Of a stretch of DNA of 64,000 nt, positions 1-9,344 are shown piece after piece. The position numbers were made by a program, and so were the translations under genes. The DNA lies in NCBI GenBank assembly GCA_028279365.1, contig JANQNX010000010.1, positions 20,206 through 84,205 of the forward strand. Direction: 5' to 3'. A model generated the notes under the pieces. That model was not told the origin of the DNA, ran no database searches, and worked only from the letters and a program-made list of their open reading frames with translations. The stretch comes from Gammaproteobacteria bacterium. GTDB taxonomy: Bacteria > Pseudomonadota > Gammaproteobacteria > Eutrophobiales > Eutrophobiaceae. Position 1 is the stretch's first letter; the number at the start of each line of letters is the position of its first letter.

Positions 1-1
1 T

Positions 2-133
2 TTGGAACTCGAAGTAAAAACGAGCAAATTACAAACGAAAAAAGCGAATAACAATAAAAATGAAGCGAAAAATGAACAAGTCAAGATAGAAACAGATAAA
101 AATCAAAAGCCAGAGAAACAACCAGACACTTAA
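2..133 (+). CDS. C-terminal fragment (43 codons) of an upstream gene; low-complexity K/E/N/Q-rich tail ending at TAA 131-133
   Basis: Open frame 2 runs from the window edge to the stop (…KKANNNKNEAKNEQVKIETDKNQKPEKQPDT*). It lies 70 nt upstream of the secretin gene on the same strand. The reading frame was traced by hand. Confidence 0.3.
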   Translation: MELEVKTSKLQTKKANNNKNEAKNEQVKIETDKNQKPEKQPDT

Positions 134-206
134 ATAATTGGGTTTTATGGCTAATAACAACTAAAATACTTACTATCACGGTACTAAAAATCAAGGATCT
201 GCCTTC

Positions 207-2378
207 ATGAAGAAGCCACTTATTCTGACAAGCCTGTTTTTTCTGGCCTCGTGTAGCCAGGGAGGGTTGTATTCGCTTGTCAAACCACAACAACAAACAT
301 CGCAAGATAAGACGGAAACAGGACAATATTCTGAACCGGAAACGGCAAGCAATGAAGTTCTTATAGAGACGCAGAATTTGGCGATGGATAAACGCCAGCA
401 AATTGTAGAAATAGGAAGTGGTGAATTCATTAACCCTTCAACACCAGATAATAAAAGTATTAAAAGAACTGACGAAGGAGACATTACCCTGAATTTTCAG
501 GGAACGGATATTAATGAATTTGTCAAAGTCATTCTGGGTGATTTATTGAATCAAAATTTCGTCATCGATCCACAAGTCAGCGGTTCAGTCACTATTGAAA
601 CTGCAAAGCCATTGTCTCAAGACGATCTTTTTCCTCTATTAGAAGAACTTTTGTCGATTAATAATGCTGCCATTATTAACGCAAACGGGCTTTATCAGAT
701 CTTGCCAAAATCAAAAGTCGTTAAAGGCAATCTCTCACCTTCGACTGCAAATATAAATGACGAAAGCGGTTATAGCGTCAGAATGGTCTCTCTAAACTAT
801 ATCGCCGCACAGGAAATGCAAAAAATACTCGAGCCTTTTGTTCCCGAGGGCGGAGAATTACGCGTCGATAAAAAACGTAACATGATTATTATTGGCGGCA
901 CACCGCGAGAGCTCGCTCAACTTCAGGAAACCATCAATATATTTGATGTTGATTGGCTTCGCGGTATGTCCGTTGGGCTTTATCCTCTCGACTATGTTGA
1001 TCCTAAAACCCTAAAAGCCGAGTTAGACGAAATTCTTGGTGGTACGGAAGGCAGTAATCCTGGCGAACTGCTAGGAGGACTGGTTCGCACCGTCGCATTG
1101 GAGCGTTTAAACTCGATATTGTTAATTAGCTCTACGCAAGCGGCATTGCGCGAATCGGAAATATGGCTATATCGGCTTGATCGGCAAGGTGAACAAGTTG
1201 GCAAAAACCTTTATGTTTATAATGTACAAAACGCAAAGGCTATTGAAATTGCGGAAATACTTGGCAACATCTTTGGTAGTGACAATACAACATCACAAAA
1301 CAATACCGCTCCTCAATTAGCACCAGGCACGACTCCCGTCGAAATCTCTTCAGGGGGTGAAGAACCGGCCGCAGAATCAACCGCTCAAGCTTCGCCGCCG
1401 ACACCTTCAGCACCAGTAAGTGTCGGCGACTCTGGACTATCACTAAACTCGTCTGGTTCTATTGAAATCATTGCCGACGATACGCGTAATGCGCTGGTCA
1501 TCTTAGCTTCTTCAAGAGACTATAAAATGGTAGCCGCTGCGATAAAAAAACTGGATGTCGTACCACTTCAAGTCCTGATTGAGGCAAGCATAATAGAAGT
1601 CACCCTAAACGATGACTTGAGTTACGGCGTTGAATGGTTTTTTAATAACCAGGTTGGTTCAAGAAGAGGACAAGGACAACTGGACCTTGGCGATGCTGGC
1701 ATATCAGCACTTGCCCCCGGCTTTTCTTATACCATTATCAATAGCGCCTCTAATGTCAAAGTCGCGTTAAATGCTTTGGAGTCGGAATCTGATATTAATG
1801 TACTATCGGCCCCATCATTAATGGTGCTTGATAATCAAACGGCAACGATCAATGTCGGTGACGAGATACCTGTTCCGACACGACAATCAGTCAGTAATAT
1901 TGATCCCAATGCACCTACTGTAAACGAAATACAATTCAGAAATACGGGCGTGACATTGGAAGTGACTCCTAGAGTAAATAATAGTGGTCTCGTCACGATG
2001 GATATTCGGCAGGAAGTCAGTAACGCAGTTGCGACAACATCATCAACCATCGATGCGCCAACCATTCAACAAAGGCAGATTGAGAGCACAGTAGCAATCA
2101 ATACCGGTCAGACCATTGTTCTTGGTGGACTCATTAGAAACTCTGAAACCGAGAATGAAAGCGGTATACCCGGATTACAGAGAATTCCAGTAATCGGTAA
2201 TTTATTTGGAAATAGCATTATAGAAAAACGAAGAACAGAATTGGTCGTACTAATTACGCCTCGCGTAGTAAGAAACAACACCGATGCACAAAAGATTACC
2301 GATGAGTTCAGACGCAAATTGGAAAACCTCCCACCTGAGATCAACCACGATAAATTGCAGCTCGATAATGCTTCATAA
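207..2378 (+). CDS. Secretin-family outer-membrane channel (GspD/MshL/PilQ superfamily), predicted lipoprotein
   Basis: 723 aa. Lipobox LASC at the end of the signal peptide. N0-like domain (NFQGTDINEFVKVILGDLLNQNFVIDPQVSGSVTIE…). S/T/P-rich linker, then a C-terminal secretin domain (VLSAPSLMVLDNQTATINVGDEIPV…IVLGGLI…IPGLQRIPVIGNLFG…ELVVLITPRVV). Confidence 0.85.
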   Translation: MKKPLILTSLFFLASCSQGGLYSLVKPQQQTSQDKTETGQYSEPETASNEVLIETQNLAMDKRQQIVEIGSGEFINPSTPDNKSIKRTDEGDITLNFQGTDINEFVKVILGDLLNQNFVIDPQVSGSVTIETAKPLSQDDLFPLLEELLSINNAAIINANGLYQILPKSKVVKGNLSPSTANINDESGYSVRMVSLNYIAAQEMQKILEPFVPEGGELRVDKKRNMIIIGGTPRELAQLQETINIFDVDWLRGMSVGLYPLDYVDPKTLKAELDEILGGTEGSNPGELLGGLVRTVALERLNSILLISSTQAALRESEIWLYRLDRQGEQVGKNLYVYNVQNAKAIEIAEILGNIFGSDNTTSQNNTAPQLAPGTTPVEISSGGEEPAAESTAQASPPTPSAPVSVGDSGLSLNSSGSIEIIADDTRNALVILASSRDYKMVAAAIKKLDVVPLQVLIEASIIEVTLNDDLSYGVEWFFNNQVGSRRGQGQLDLGDAGISALAPGFSYTIINSASNVKVALNALESESDINVLSAPSLMVLDNQTATINVGDEIPVPTRQSVSNIDPNAPTVNEIQFRNTGVTLEVTPRVNNSGLVTMDIRQEVSNAVATTSSTIDAPTIQQRQIESTVAINTGQTIVLGGLIRNSETENESGIPGLQRIPVIGNLFGNSIIEKRRTELVVLITPRVVRNNTDAQKITDEFRRKLENLPPEINHDKLQLDNAS

Positions 2379-2420
2379 TTCTGAAGTAACGCTAAAATAA
2401 TTATTTTACAAGTAAGTTAA

Positions 2421-2663
2421 ATGAAACCTATTCAATATTTTGATGATGAATACTTAACACAGTGTCGTTCTTTTACGCCTGAATCAATTGTTGAATATCT
2501 TGAGAATTTCAGATTACTGCAACAGCCAAACGAGAAAAGTCGTTTGATTAGTATCAAGATACCTGAATCCTTGCTGGCCAGCTTTAAAACGAAATCAGAA
2601 TTGCATCAGGTAAAATATCAAACCCAGATAAAAAAACTGATGCGTGATTGGGTAGAATCATAA
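2421..2663 (+). CDS. BrnA/CopG-like (COG3514-type) small DNA-binding protein; orphan antitoxin-like
   Basis: 80 aa. C-terminal KSRLISIKIPESLLASFK…YQTQIKKLMRDWV fits the BrnA pattern (K-x-R-I-T-I-R-I…GYQTxIN..LR.Y). No BrnT-like toxin is adjacent. Confidence 0.45.
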   Translation: MKPIQYFDDEYLTQCRSFTPESIVEYLENFRLLQQPNEKSRLISIKIPESLLASFKTKSELHQVKYQTQIKKLMRDWVES

Positions 2664-2686
2664 TAATAATTTAACTTTTCCAAAAC

Positions 2687-3676
2687 ATGATCCGTATTTT
2701 CTCCTATATAGGCTTGCTCGGTGGTCTGCTCGCCCTGACAATATTAATTGTATGGCAAGGTATCGGCGATGTCTTTTCCGTCTTGTATGAGTCTGGCTGG
2801 ATACTGTTAACACTGCCTTTAGTCTGGATACCCTGTTTTATTCTCGCAGTATTCTCATGGCGATTATTATTCCCGATTGATCGGACTCCACCCTTTAAAG
2901 AATTATTACTCGGTCTATGGATGGGTCGTGCGGTGAACAATATTCTTCCCGTCGCTAGTATCGGTGGCGAGATTGCCAAAGCACGTTTATTAATCCTTTG
3001 GGGAAGAAACGGTATCGATGCCAGCGCATCAGTAATGGTCGACAAGACCGTGCAGGCACTCTCTTTAATACCTTGGGCGATCATGGGTACCGGTTTACTA
3101 GTCTATCTCGCTATTGATAACAATCTTGCTATCAAGATATTACTCGGCGTAAGCGTGCTCAGTATTTCTATATTGTTCTTTATTTACTTTCAACGAGCGG
3201 GCATGTTTGGTTTTGCTGCCAAAATAGTCGGCAAATTTACCTCGTCAGAGGGTTGGGGACAGATCACGAATAATGCCCATGACGTCGATGCGTCCGTCAA
3301 AGCAATTTATAAGGATAAAAAACGGTTTGCATTATCTATTTTTTGGCGTACAGCTGGATTAACTCTACAAACCGGAGAGGTCTGGCTAGGCTGTTATATT
3401 CTCGGCCATCCAATTGGTCTGGTTGAAGCGATCATGTTAAAGAGCCTGACGTCGATCATTACCGATATCGCGTTCATTATTCCTAACGGCTATGGTGTTC
3501 AGGAAGGGGGCTACTTATTGTTTGGCGCGATGGTGGGATTGTCACCAGATTTTTCATTAGCCTTGTCATTAGCGACAAGAATCCGCGAAGTCACGATTGA
3601 TGTACCGGGCGTATTTTACTGGCATCATATTGAAGCAAAGTTTTTGATTAATAAAACGCGCAGCAGGAAAGCTTAA
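2687..3676 (+). CDS. UPF0104 / lysylphosphatidylglycerol-synthase-TM-like (flippase-like) integral membrane protein, possibly HpnL-like
   Basis: 329 aa with about 8 predicted TM helices. Family recognition is by overall architecture and composition only. Confidence 0.6.
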   Translation: MIRIFSYIGLLGGLLALTILIVWQGIGDVFSVLYESGWILLTLPLVWIPCFILAVFSWRLLFPIDRTPPFKELLLGLWMGRAVNNILPVASIGGEIAKARLLILWGRNGIDASASVMVDKTVQALSLIPWAIMGTGLLVYLAIDNNLAIKILLGVSVLSISILFFIYFQRAGMFGFAAKIVGKFTSSEGWGQITNNAHDVDASVKAIYKDKKRFALSIFWRTAGLTLQTGEVWLGCYILGHPIGLVEAIMLKSLTSIITDIAFIIPNGYGVQEGGYLLFGAMVGLSPDFSLALSLATRIREVTIDVPGVFYWHHIEAKFLINKTRSRKA

Positions 3677-3739
3677 TATAGCGATTCAATTATATGAGAA
3701 TTTTAGAAACTGAATTGCTACTAGCCATAAACATGCATA

Positions 3740-4801
3740 CTAGTTTTTAGCGAGTTTTATATTCCTTATGAGCCTATTAATAAAACCATCCTTTTTTGAT
3801 AAATTTAATCTTGCATTAGTATGTCCGCATTCTGTTACTATAAAATACTTATTATCGTTTCTATAATATGAACGAGGAAGGCTGAAAACCACAGTCCACT
3901 GTTTATGCGCAGAATCGAATGAGGATTCAGCCTTGCTACTCCATAGTTCATAAATTGTCTGCCAAGCATCTACCCCATTTATATCTATAGATTTACTACT
4001 GATCAACTTGCTTTTATCCGGCGTAGGTGAACGACCAGTTGCAGGCATGGCTATACCTTTATTAAGCATATCTGAAATACTTATATCCTCAACCAAGTTC
4101 ATCATTGTATAAATATATGTATTGGCGACTTCTTCTGCCAAGCGTTGATTAGTAAAACGGTACCCAACTTCATTAGGAAAATATCGCAACTGTCTAATTT
4201 TGCATGAAGGAGTGTATGAATCAGCTCTAAGCCTCAGCAATGAAATAATTCCAGGATCTTTCGAGGGTGAAAATTTTTTTTGTTCTGATAAATAATTGTT
4301 CGTATCATCCACAAATAATTTATCCAATTTCACTGAGACTAAACCACATCGGTCAGTCACTATGCCTCCATCAGAAACTGAAGTATGAGGAGCATTCTCA
4401 CACCTAGAACCAGAATCGTCTTTAACTGTTGAATTTCCTTTGATTAGGAAATTAGTTTTGCTATCAAATTCATCAAAACAACCAATGCCTTCAAATTCAA
4501 AATGGATACAATTCTTAATTGCTATTTTCTCAGATTGTCGCTTTGGTAACCTAATAGACCAATCCTGTCCAGAAGAACAAACAACACTCCAAAATGCCTG
4601 AGTATTGTAAAAGCCTTGAAAATAAGTAAGCGTCACAGAACCGCAATCGAGTTTGCCTCTATCAAGCATTTCCGTGAATACTCTTCTTTTGGACTGATTA
4701 TCAAGTTTATTTATAGAATCGTGTACTTCATTAGCATATAGGTTATTACAAAAAAGAGTTAATACAATTAAGCCTGGGAATATTTTAAAAAATTGATGCA
4801 T
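3740..4801 (-). CDS. Hypothetical secreted Cys-containing protein (signal peptide), low-GC gene
   Basis: 353 aa. N-terminal signal peptide MHQFFKIFPGLIVLTLFCNNLYA. No recognisable domain. GC is markedly below the flanking recR. Start lies 6 nt after the recR stop. Confidence 0.6.
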   Translation of the reverse strand: MHQFFKIFPGLIVLTLFCNNLYANEVHDSINKLDNQSKRRVFTEMLDRGKLDCGSVTLTYFQGFYNTQAFWSVVCSSGQDWSIRLPKRQSEKIAIKNCIHFEFEGIGCFDEFDSKTNFLIKGNSTVKDDSGSRCENAPHTSVSDGGIVTDRCGLVSVKLDKLFVDDTNNYLSEQKKFSPSKDPGIISLLRLRADSYTPSCKIRQLRYFPNEVGYRFTNQRLAEEVANTYIYTMMNLVEDISISDMLNKGIAMPATGRSPTPDKSKLISSKSIDINGVDAWQTIYELWSSKAESSFDSAHKQWTVVFSLPRSYYRNDNKYFIVTECGHTNARLNLSKKDGFINRLIRNIKLAKN

Positions 4802-4806
4802 ATCGA

Positions 4807-5400
4807 TTAAATCAATTTCCTTCCATCCATGGCATGTGCAATGGTCATACTGTTGACGTATTCCAACTCACCTCCCATGGGAATTCCGTGTGCAATACGT
4901 GAAACCTGTTTGCCTTTGGCTTTGACCATCTCACTAATAAAATGCGCAGTCGCTTCGCCCTCTACGGTCGTATTGGTGGCCAATATCACTTCTTTTAATT
5001 CTTCATCATCAAGCAATTGTTGAAACTGATTCAACCCTATATCTTCAGGGCCAATCCCATCCAGTGGAGAAAGATGTCCTAATAATACGAAATAACGCCC
5101 GCGATAATTTGAATCTTCAATCGCATCGACATCGGAGGGATTTTCAACTACGCAAATCATACTGTTATCGCGCTTACTACTCTCACAAAGCTCACAGATA
5201 GGTCGTTCGGTGAAGGTTCGACAGCGCTGGCAATGACCAATGTTTTCCATTGCCTGTGCCATGATTTTGGATAAATGTTTTGCACCATCACGATTACGCT
5301 GTAGTAAGTGATGGGCAATACGCTGTGCCGATTTTCGTCCGATGCCGGGCATGCAGCGTAATGCTTCAATCAATTGTTCAAGTAAACTTTGTTCAACCAT
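4807..5400 (-). CDS. recR: Recombination protein RecR
   Basis: Helix-hairpin-helix N-terminus (LRCMPGIGRKSAQRIAHHLL), C4 zinc finger (HCQRCRTFTE…CELC), Toprim domain (VVENPSDVDAIE…GRYFVLLGHLSPLDGIG). Confidence 0.95.
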   Translation of the reverse strand: MVEQSLLEQLIEALRCMPGIGRKSAQRIAHHLLQRNRDGAKHLSKIMAQAMENIGHCQRCRTFTERPICELCESSKRDNSMICVVENPSDVDAIEDSNYRGRYFVLLGHLSPLDGIGPEDIGLNQFQQLLDDEELKEVILATNTTVEGEATAHFISEMVKAKGKQVSRIAHGIPMGGELEYVNSMTIAHAMDGRKLI

Positions 5401-5448
5401 TCAACAGGAACAATAAAGATAGGTATTAGATTCTTAAATAACGAACAG

Positions 5449-5769
5449 TTAAAACGGAAGTTTCATGCCGGCAGGCAAGCCCATACCCGAGGTTAAACTG
5501 GACATTTTTTCCTGCGTCATTTTTTCTACTCGTCGATTCGCATCGTTCACCGCTGCCGCGACCAGGTCTTCAATCATTTCTTTATCGTCATTCATCAGTT
5601 GTGGATCAATCTCAACACGCTTGACATCATGAAGACCGTTCATTGTCACCTTAATCAAGCCGGCACCCGATTCGCCAACCACTTCTGTATCCGCCAATTC
5701 CTGCTGCGCTTTTTCAACATTGGCCTGCATTTCCTGCGCCTGTTTCATGATATTGCCTATGCCTTTCAT
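5449..5769 (-). CDS. ybaB: Nucleoid-associated protein YbaB/EbfC
   Basis: 106 aa. [15 protein letters not shown]…[11 protein letters not shown]…[11 protein letters not shown] is typical YbaB. Sits in the canonical dnaX-ybaB-recR operon position. Confidence 0.95.
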   Translation of the reverse strand: MKGIGNIMKQAQEMQANVEKAQQELADTEVVGESGAGLIKVTMNGLHDVKRVEIDPQLMNDDKEMIEDLVAAAVNDANRRVEKMTQEKMSSLTSGMGLPAGMKLPF

Positions 5770-5801
5770 TACATTACACCTCTTGATATTTTGTTCTAAC
5801 G

Positions 5802-7469
5802 TTAACCTGGCTGAATCGAGTCCTTATCTATCGTTGCGTCGAATGTATCGACAATCGATTGTACTGTTTGATCATTACTGACGGAGAGTTCTGCGGCTTT
5901 TTGTTTTTCGCGTTCGTGCCGGACACGGGACTCGGCCGGTGTCTCACTTGATGGATCTTCAATAGCCACTAACAATTTCACGTTTTCACCAAAACGCACT
6001 TTGATCGCCTGCTCCAGACGTTCTTTTTGAATGCTGTTAAGTAAATGTTCCTGTGACGGCGACAATGCCAGCTCTACCTTGTCTTTAGTATGCGCTTTAA
6101 GCGCACAATGACCGGCAAGTTCTTTGACCAGTCCGACTAATGCCATCTCATCAATAATCGTTTTCCAATCATTATCATCATAACCTGTTGAAGCCGAGTG
6201 CTCAGTTATAGGCCGAGCCTGTTCAATAGCTTCATCACTCGTCTCAACATCTACATCTCTTTCAACTGGCTTAGGTGCTTCAGCTTGTCTAGCATTTTCA
6301 GTTGTATCAGTGTCTGGCGATGTCTGAACCGTTGCTTTGCGTGGAGCGATCGACTGGACGGGAGCATCAGGAATTTCGTTATTTGATACGGGGCGAAATG
6401 CCAACATGCGAATCAAGGTCATTTCAAAACCGGATTTCACATCCGGCGCAAGATATAAATCCTTTCTTCCTTTTAATGCAATTTGATAATACAACTGTAC
6501 ATCTTCCTTGCTCATTGCCTCTGCAAACGCTACCAGCTCTGCATGTTGTCGCAACGGATTATCGACATCATTTGGTAGAGCCCGAAGCGTCGCGATCTTT
6601 TGCAGCAGGCTTAGCAACTCGGATAGCAGTCCATCAAAATCAGGATTTTGTAATGCAATCTCCTGAACTATGTTTAACAAAGATTCGGCATCGGCATCGA
6701 TCAAAGACTGTATTAATCCATATAAGTCAGCACTATCAATCGTGCCCATCATTGCGCGCACCTGTTCCTCTTTCAAAGCACCGCCGCCATAGGCAATAGC
6801 CTGATCCAGCAAACTTAATGCATCACGCATACTCCCCGCTGCTCCACGAGCTATTAGTTCCGTTGAACCTTGATCAAACTCTATCGACTCTTGTTTCAAT
6901 ATCATATTGATCTGTTCGGCGATTTGTTCCTGCGTTAAGTGACTCAGGTTAAATTGCAAACAGCGAGAGAGAATCGTGACCGGTAATTTTTTTGGTTCGG
7001 TTGTCGCAAGCAGAAACTTCACATGCGGCGGTGGCTCCTCCAATGTTTTCAACAAGGCGTTAAAACTGTGATTGGAAAACATGTGTATTTCGTCAATCAG
7101 ATAGACTTTATAGCGACCGCTGGTCGGCGCATACTGGACGTTTTCCATTAACTCACGGGTTTCATCGACTTTGGCGCGAGACGCCGCATCGACCTCAATT
7201 AGATCAACAAACCGGCCCTCGTCAATTGCTACGCATGCAGGGCAAACGCCACAAGGCGTTGAGCTCACTCCAGTTTCGCAATTCAGACATTTTGCCAGGA
7301 TGCGAGCCAGTGTGGTTTTACCTACGCCACGCGTGCCAGAGAATAGATAGGCATGATGCAAACGATCCTGATCCAGCGCATTTTCCAGCGCTTTCAGCAC
7401 ATGAGATTGCCCCACCATATCAGCGAAAGAACGAGGCCGCCATTTACGCGCAAGTACTTGATAACTCAT
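5802..7469 (-). CDS. dnaX: DNA polymerase III subunit tau/gamma
   Basis: Walker [10 protein letters not shown]. Zn module [21 protein letters not shown] box. SRC motif (TILSRCLQF). Confidence 0.95.
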   Translation of the reverse strand: MSYQVLARKWRPRSFADMVGQSHVLKALENALDQDRLHHAYLFSGTRGVGKTTLARILAKCLNCETGVSSTPCGVCPACVAIDEGRFVDLIEVDAASRAKVDETRELMENVQYAPTSGRYKVYLIDEIHMFSNHSFNALLKTLEEPPPHVKFLLATTEPKKLPVTILSRCLQFNLSHLTQEQIAEQINMILKQESIEFDQGSTELIARGAAGSMRDALSLLDQAIAYGGGALKEEQVRAMMGTIDSADLYGLIQSLIDADAESLLNIVQEIALQNPDFDGLLSELLSLLQKIATLRALPNDVDNPLRQHAELVAFAEAMSKEDVQLYYQIALKGRKDLYLAPDVKSGFEMTLIRMLAFRPVSNNEIPDAPVQSIAPRKATVQTSPDTDTTENARQAEAPKPVERDVDVETSDEAIEQARPITEHSASTGYDDNDWKTIIDEMALVGLVKELAGHCALKAHTKDKVELALSPSQEHLLNSIQKERLEQAIKVRFGENVKLLVAIEDPSSETPAESRVRHEREKQKAAELSVSNDQTVQSIVDTFDATIDKDSIQPG

Positions 7470-7587
7470 TGATTATTATATGTATTGAAAATATCTAACT
7501 GGCAGGAAAGTTTGCCAAAAATAGCATGATACATGAGGCAGTAATCGCGGCAAGTCTGGCTGCAAAATAGCCGAAAAATAAGGAGGC

Positions 7588-7700
7588 AACCCGCACCGTC
7601 CCGACCCCGGCACACAACTCCACTGCTGCCGCTGCTCCCTTCCGGGCCTGACGGGGTTCACAATTTCGTGTTGCGGGGAGACCGGCACGGGTCACCATAA
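7588..7700 (-). ncRNA. ffs: Signal recognition particle RNA (4.5S RNA, ffs); boundaries approximate
   Basis: The minus strand reads …TCTCCCCGCAAC…CCCCGTCAGGCCCGGAAGGGAGCAGCGGCAG…GTGTGCCGGGG…. This matches the conserved E. coli 4.5S domain IV (GGUCAGGUCCGGAAGGAAGCAGC) and its flanking helices (UCUCCCGCAAC / GUGUGCCGGGAU). Located directly upstream of dnaX on the same strand. Confidence 0.85.
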
Positions 7701-7797
7701 ACAGGGAACGGATGGTATCAATTACGACAGGTTTTGGACACTGTAATTATGCGGTTTCCGCTTTCCGGTAAAGTCAAAAAATGACCTATCGAACGTT

Positions 7798-8604
7798 TTA
7801 TTTATCCCGTTTTCTGAGGATAAATACCGCATATTCTGTTTTGGCATCAGGAACGATTGGATGAGTCAGGTCATAATATTCATCCACGACGGTTTCGATA
7901 GTAAAACCTGCCTTTGTGATCAGACTTTTAAATTGAGTTAAGCTGTAGGTACGGAGTTCATAACTCGATTCATGTTTATAAATATGTTTATCCCCCTTCG
8001 CTTTTAATTTAATACCGAGCTGTTCACGACGTTGATTTACGTCTAATGAAAGTTGACGCATGCTGGTTTTCACCTGCAGACGCCCACGTCTGGCTGTCCA
8101 CTTTATCGGTTGCTGTGAAGGTTTATTTCCCACTTGCAGATGCATACCCAGGATATAAATACCGCCAGGCTTTAACATCCTGGAAGTATTGATTAAATGC
8201 TCCAATGCCGCTTGCTCTGTTAATAAATGACGAAAGGTATCGACGGTGCAAAACGCTGCATCATATTTTCTGCCCGTTTGTTTAAACGACACCATGTCGG
8301 CTTCGTATATACGCGCATCGATGCAGTTTCGATTGAGTTTATTGATTAGGTAATTCAACGCGTGGGTATTAATGTCATAACCCTCACACCGAAAGCCGGC
8401 ACGACTCAAGGGCAAGATTAATCGTCCTGTACCGCAAGCTGGTTCAAGCAATCTAGACGAATTGCCTTTGCAATAATGACGCAAAGCCTTAATAAGAAAA
8501 TCCAGTTCAGGACGCATTTCATGCGAAAAAGACACGTCGTAATAAACTGGCAGGTTATACCAACTATGATTCGCGTCCGTTTTGGATTGGTTTCGTTTTA
8601 ACAA
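7798..8604 (-). CDS. Class I SAM-dependent methyltransferase
   Basis: 268 aa. Motif I LEPACGTGRL, then an acidic residue at the end of beta-2 (GYDIN). Confidence 0.8.
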   Translation of the reverse strand: MLKRNQSKTDANHSWYNLPVYYDVSFSHEMRPELDFLIKALRHYCKGNSSRLLEPACGTGRLILPLSRAGFRCEGYDINTHALNYLINKLNRNCIDARIYEADMVSFKQTGRKYDAAFCTVDTFRHLLTEQAALEHLINTSRMLKPGGIYILGMHLQVGNKPSQQPIKWTARRGRLQVKTSMRQLSLDVNQRREQLGIKLKAKGDKHIYKHESSYELRTYSLTQFKSLITKAGFTIETVVDEYYDLTHPIVPDAKTEYAVFILRKRDK

Positions 8605-8613
8605 GTTGGATAA

Positions 8614-9342
8614 TTAATGAACAATAACGTGCTCGACGATATGCAGGTCTTTACCCGTAGCTGCGATAGCTGATTCATAGTCAGGAATCTTTGTCGCGTT
8701 ATAACTATACCACTGCGCCTTTAGTTGTTTATCTGAGTTCACTGTTATTGGAACGGAAACAGCTTTCTCCTCTGATGGAACACTAAATTGATCCAACCCG
8801 AATGACACACCCGAGCCCTCGCCTTTGATGAATGCCTCCTTGCGCGTCCAAATTCGATAAAACGCATCGAGCCGTAATTCAGGATCTATTGAAAGCAATT
8901 GTTGATATTCCGCATCACTAAAAAAACGTTTCGCTAGCGATAGATAATCTGTATTTGAGTTAATTGCTTCAATATCAACCCCTACCTCACAACCTAATGT
9001 AAACGCAAGCAGTGCCAGGTTATTTGAGTGGGAAACATTAAAGTAAATTGACTTACCGACATAACGATAATTAACCAGTGGTTTGCCGTGATCATTATAT
9101 TGAAACACAATAGCCTCCGGACGCGTATCTACCAGACAGCGTGACAACAGTTCCCGTAATAATGCACGCGTAATAATAAACTGCTGTTTTTTTGAATCCA
9201 GCTTGAGTTTTTTTGCCCGGTTCAGTTCATCATCATTCAGGCATTCACTTAATAGCGCATGATCAAACAAACCAAGATCAATTAAATAACATACGATTTT
9301 ATCATCAGCTAATTTAATCTTATCTGGAAAAAACTGTCGCAT
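8614..9342 (-). CDS. 4'-phosphopantetheinyl transferase (Sfp/EntD type)
   Basis: 242 aa. GVDIE metal-binding motif and W-x-x-KEAFIK motif (WTRKEAFIKGEG). Confidence 0.8.
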   Translation of the reverse strand: MRQFFPDKIKLADDKIVCYLIDLGLFDHALLSECLNDDELNRAKKLKLDSKKQQFIITRALLRELLSRCLVDTRPEAIVFQYNDHGKPLVNYRYVGKSIYFNVSHSNNLALLAFTLGCEVGVDIEAINSNTDYLSLAKRFFSDAEYQQLLSIDPELRLDAFYRIWTRKEAFIKGEGSGVSFGLDQFSVPSEEKAVSVPITVNSDKQLKAQWYSYNATKIPDYESAIAATGKDLHIVEHVIVH

Positions 9343-9344
9343 AG

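Noticed and set aside
6987-6999. A-run (CCAAAAAAATTACC on the coding strand) in dnaX as a possible programmed -1 frameshift site for the gamma subunit
   Set aside because: It encodes …EPKKLPV… inside the N-terminal ATPase domain, far from the domain III/IV boundary where the gamma/tau frameshift occurs. No AAAAAAG heptamer with a downstream stem was found at the expected location.
6198-7498. Plus-strand ORFs overlapping dnaX (6198-6386, 6302-6799, 7226-7498) and small ORFs 7476-7698 on the minus strand
   Set aside because: Antisense to dnaX with no start context. The 7476-7698 pair overlaps the SRP RNA gene, which explains the open frames.
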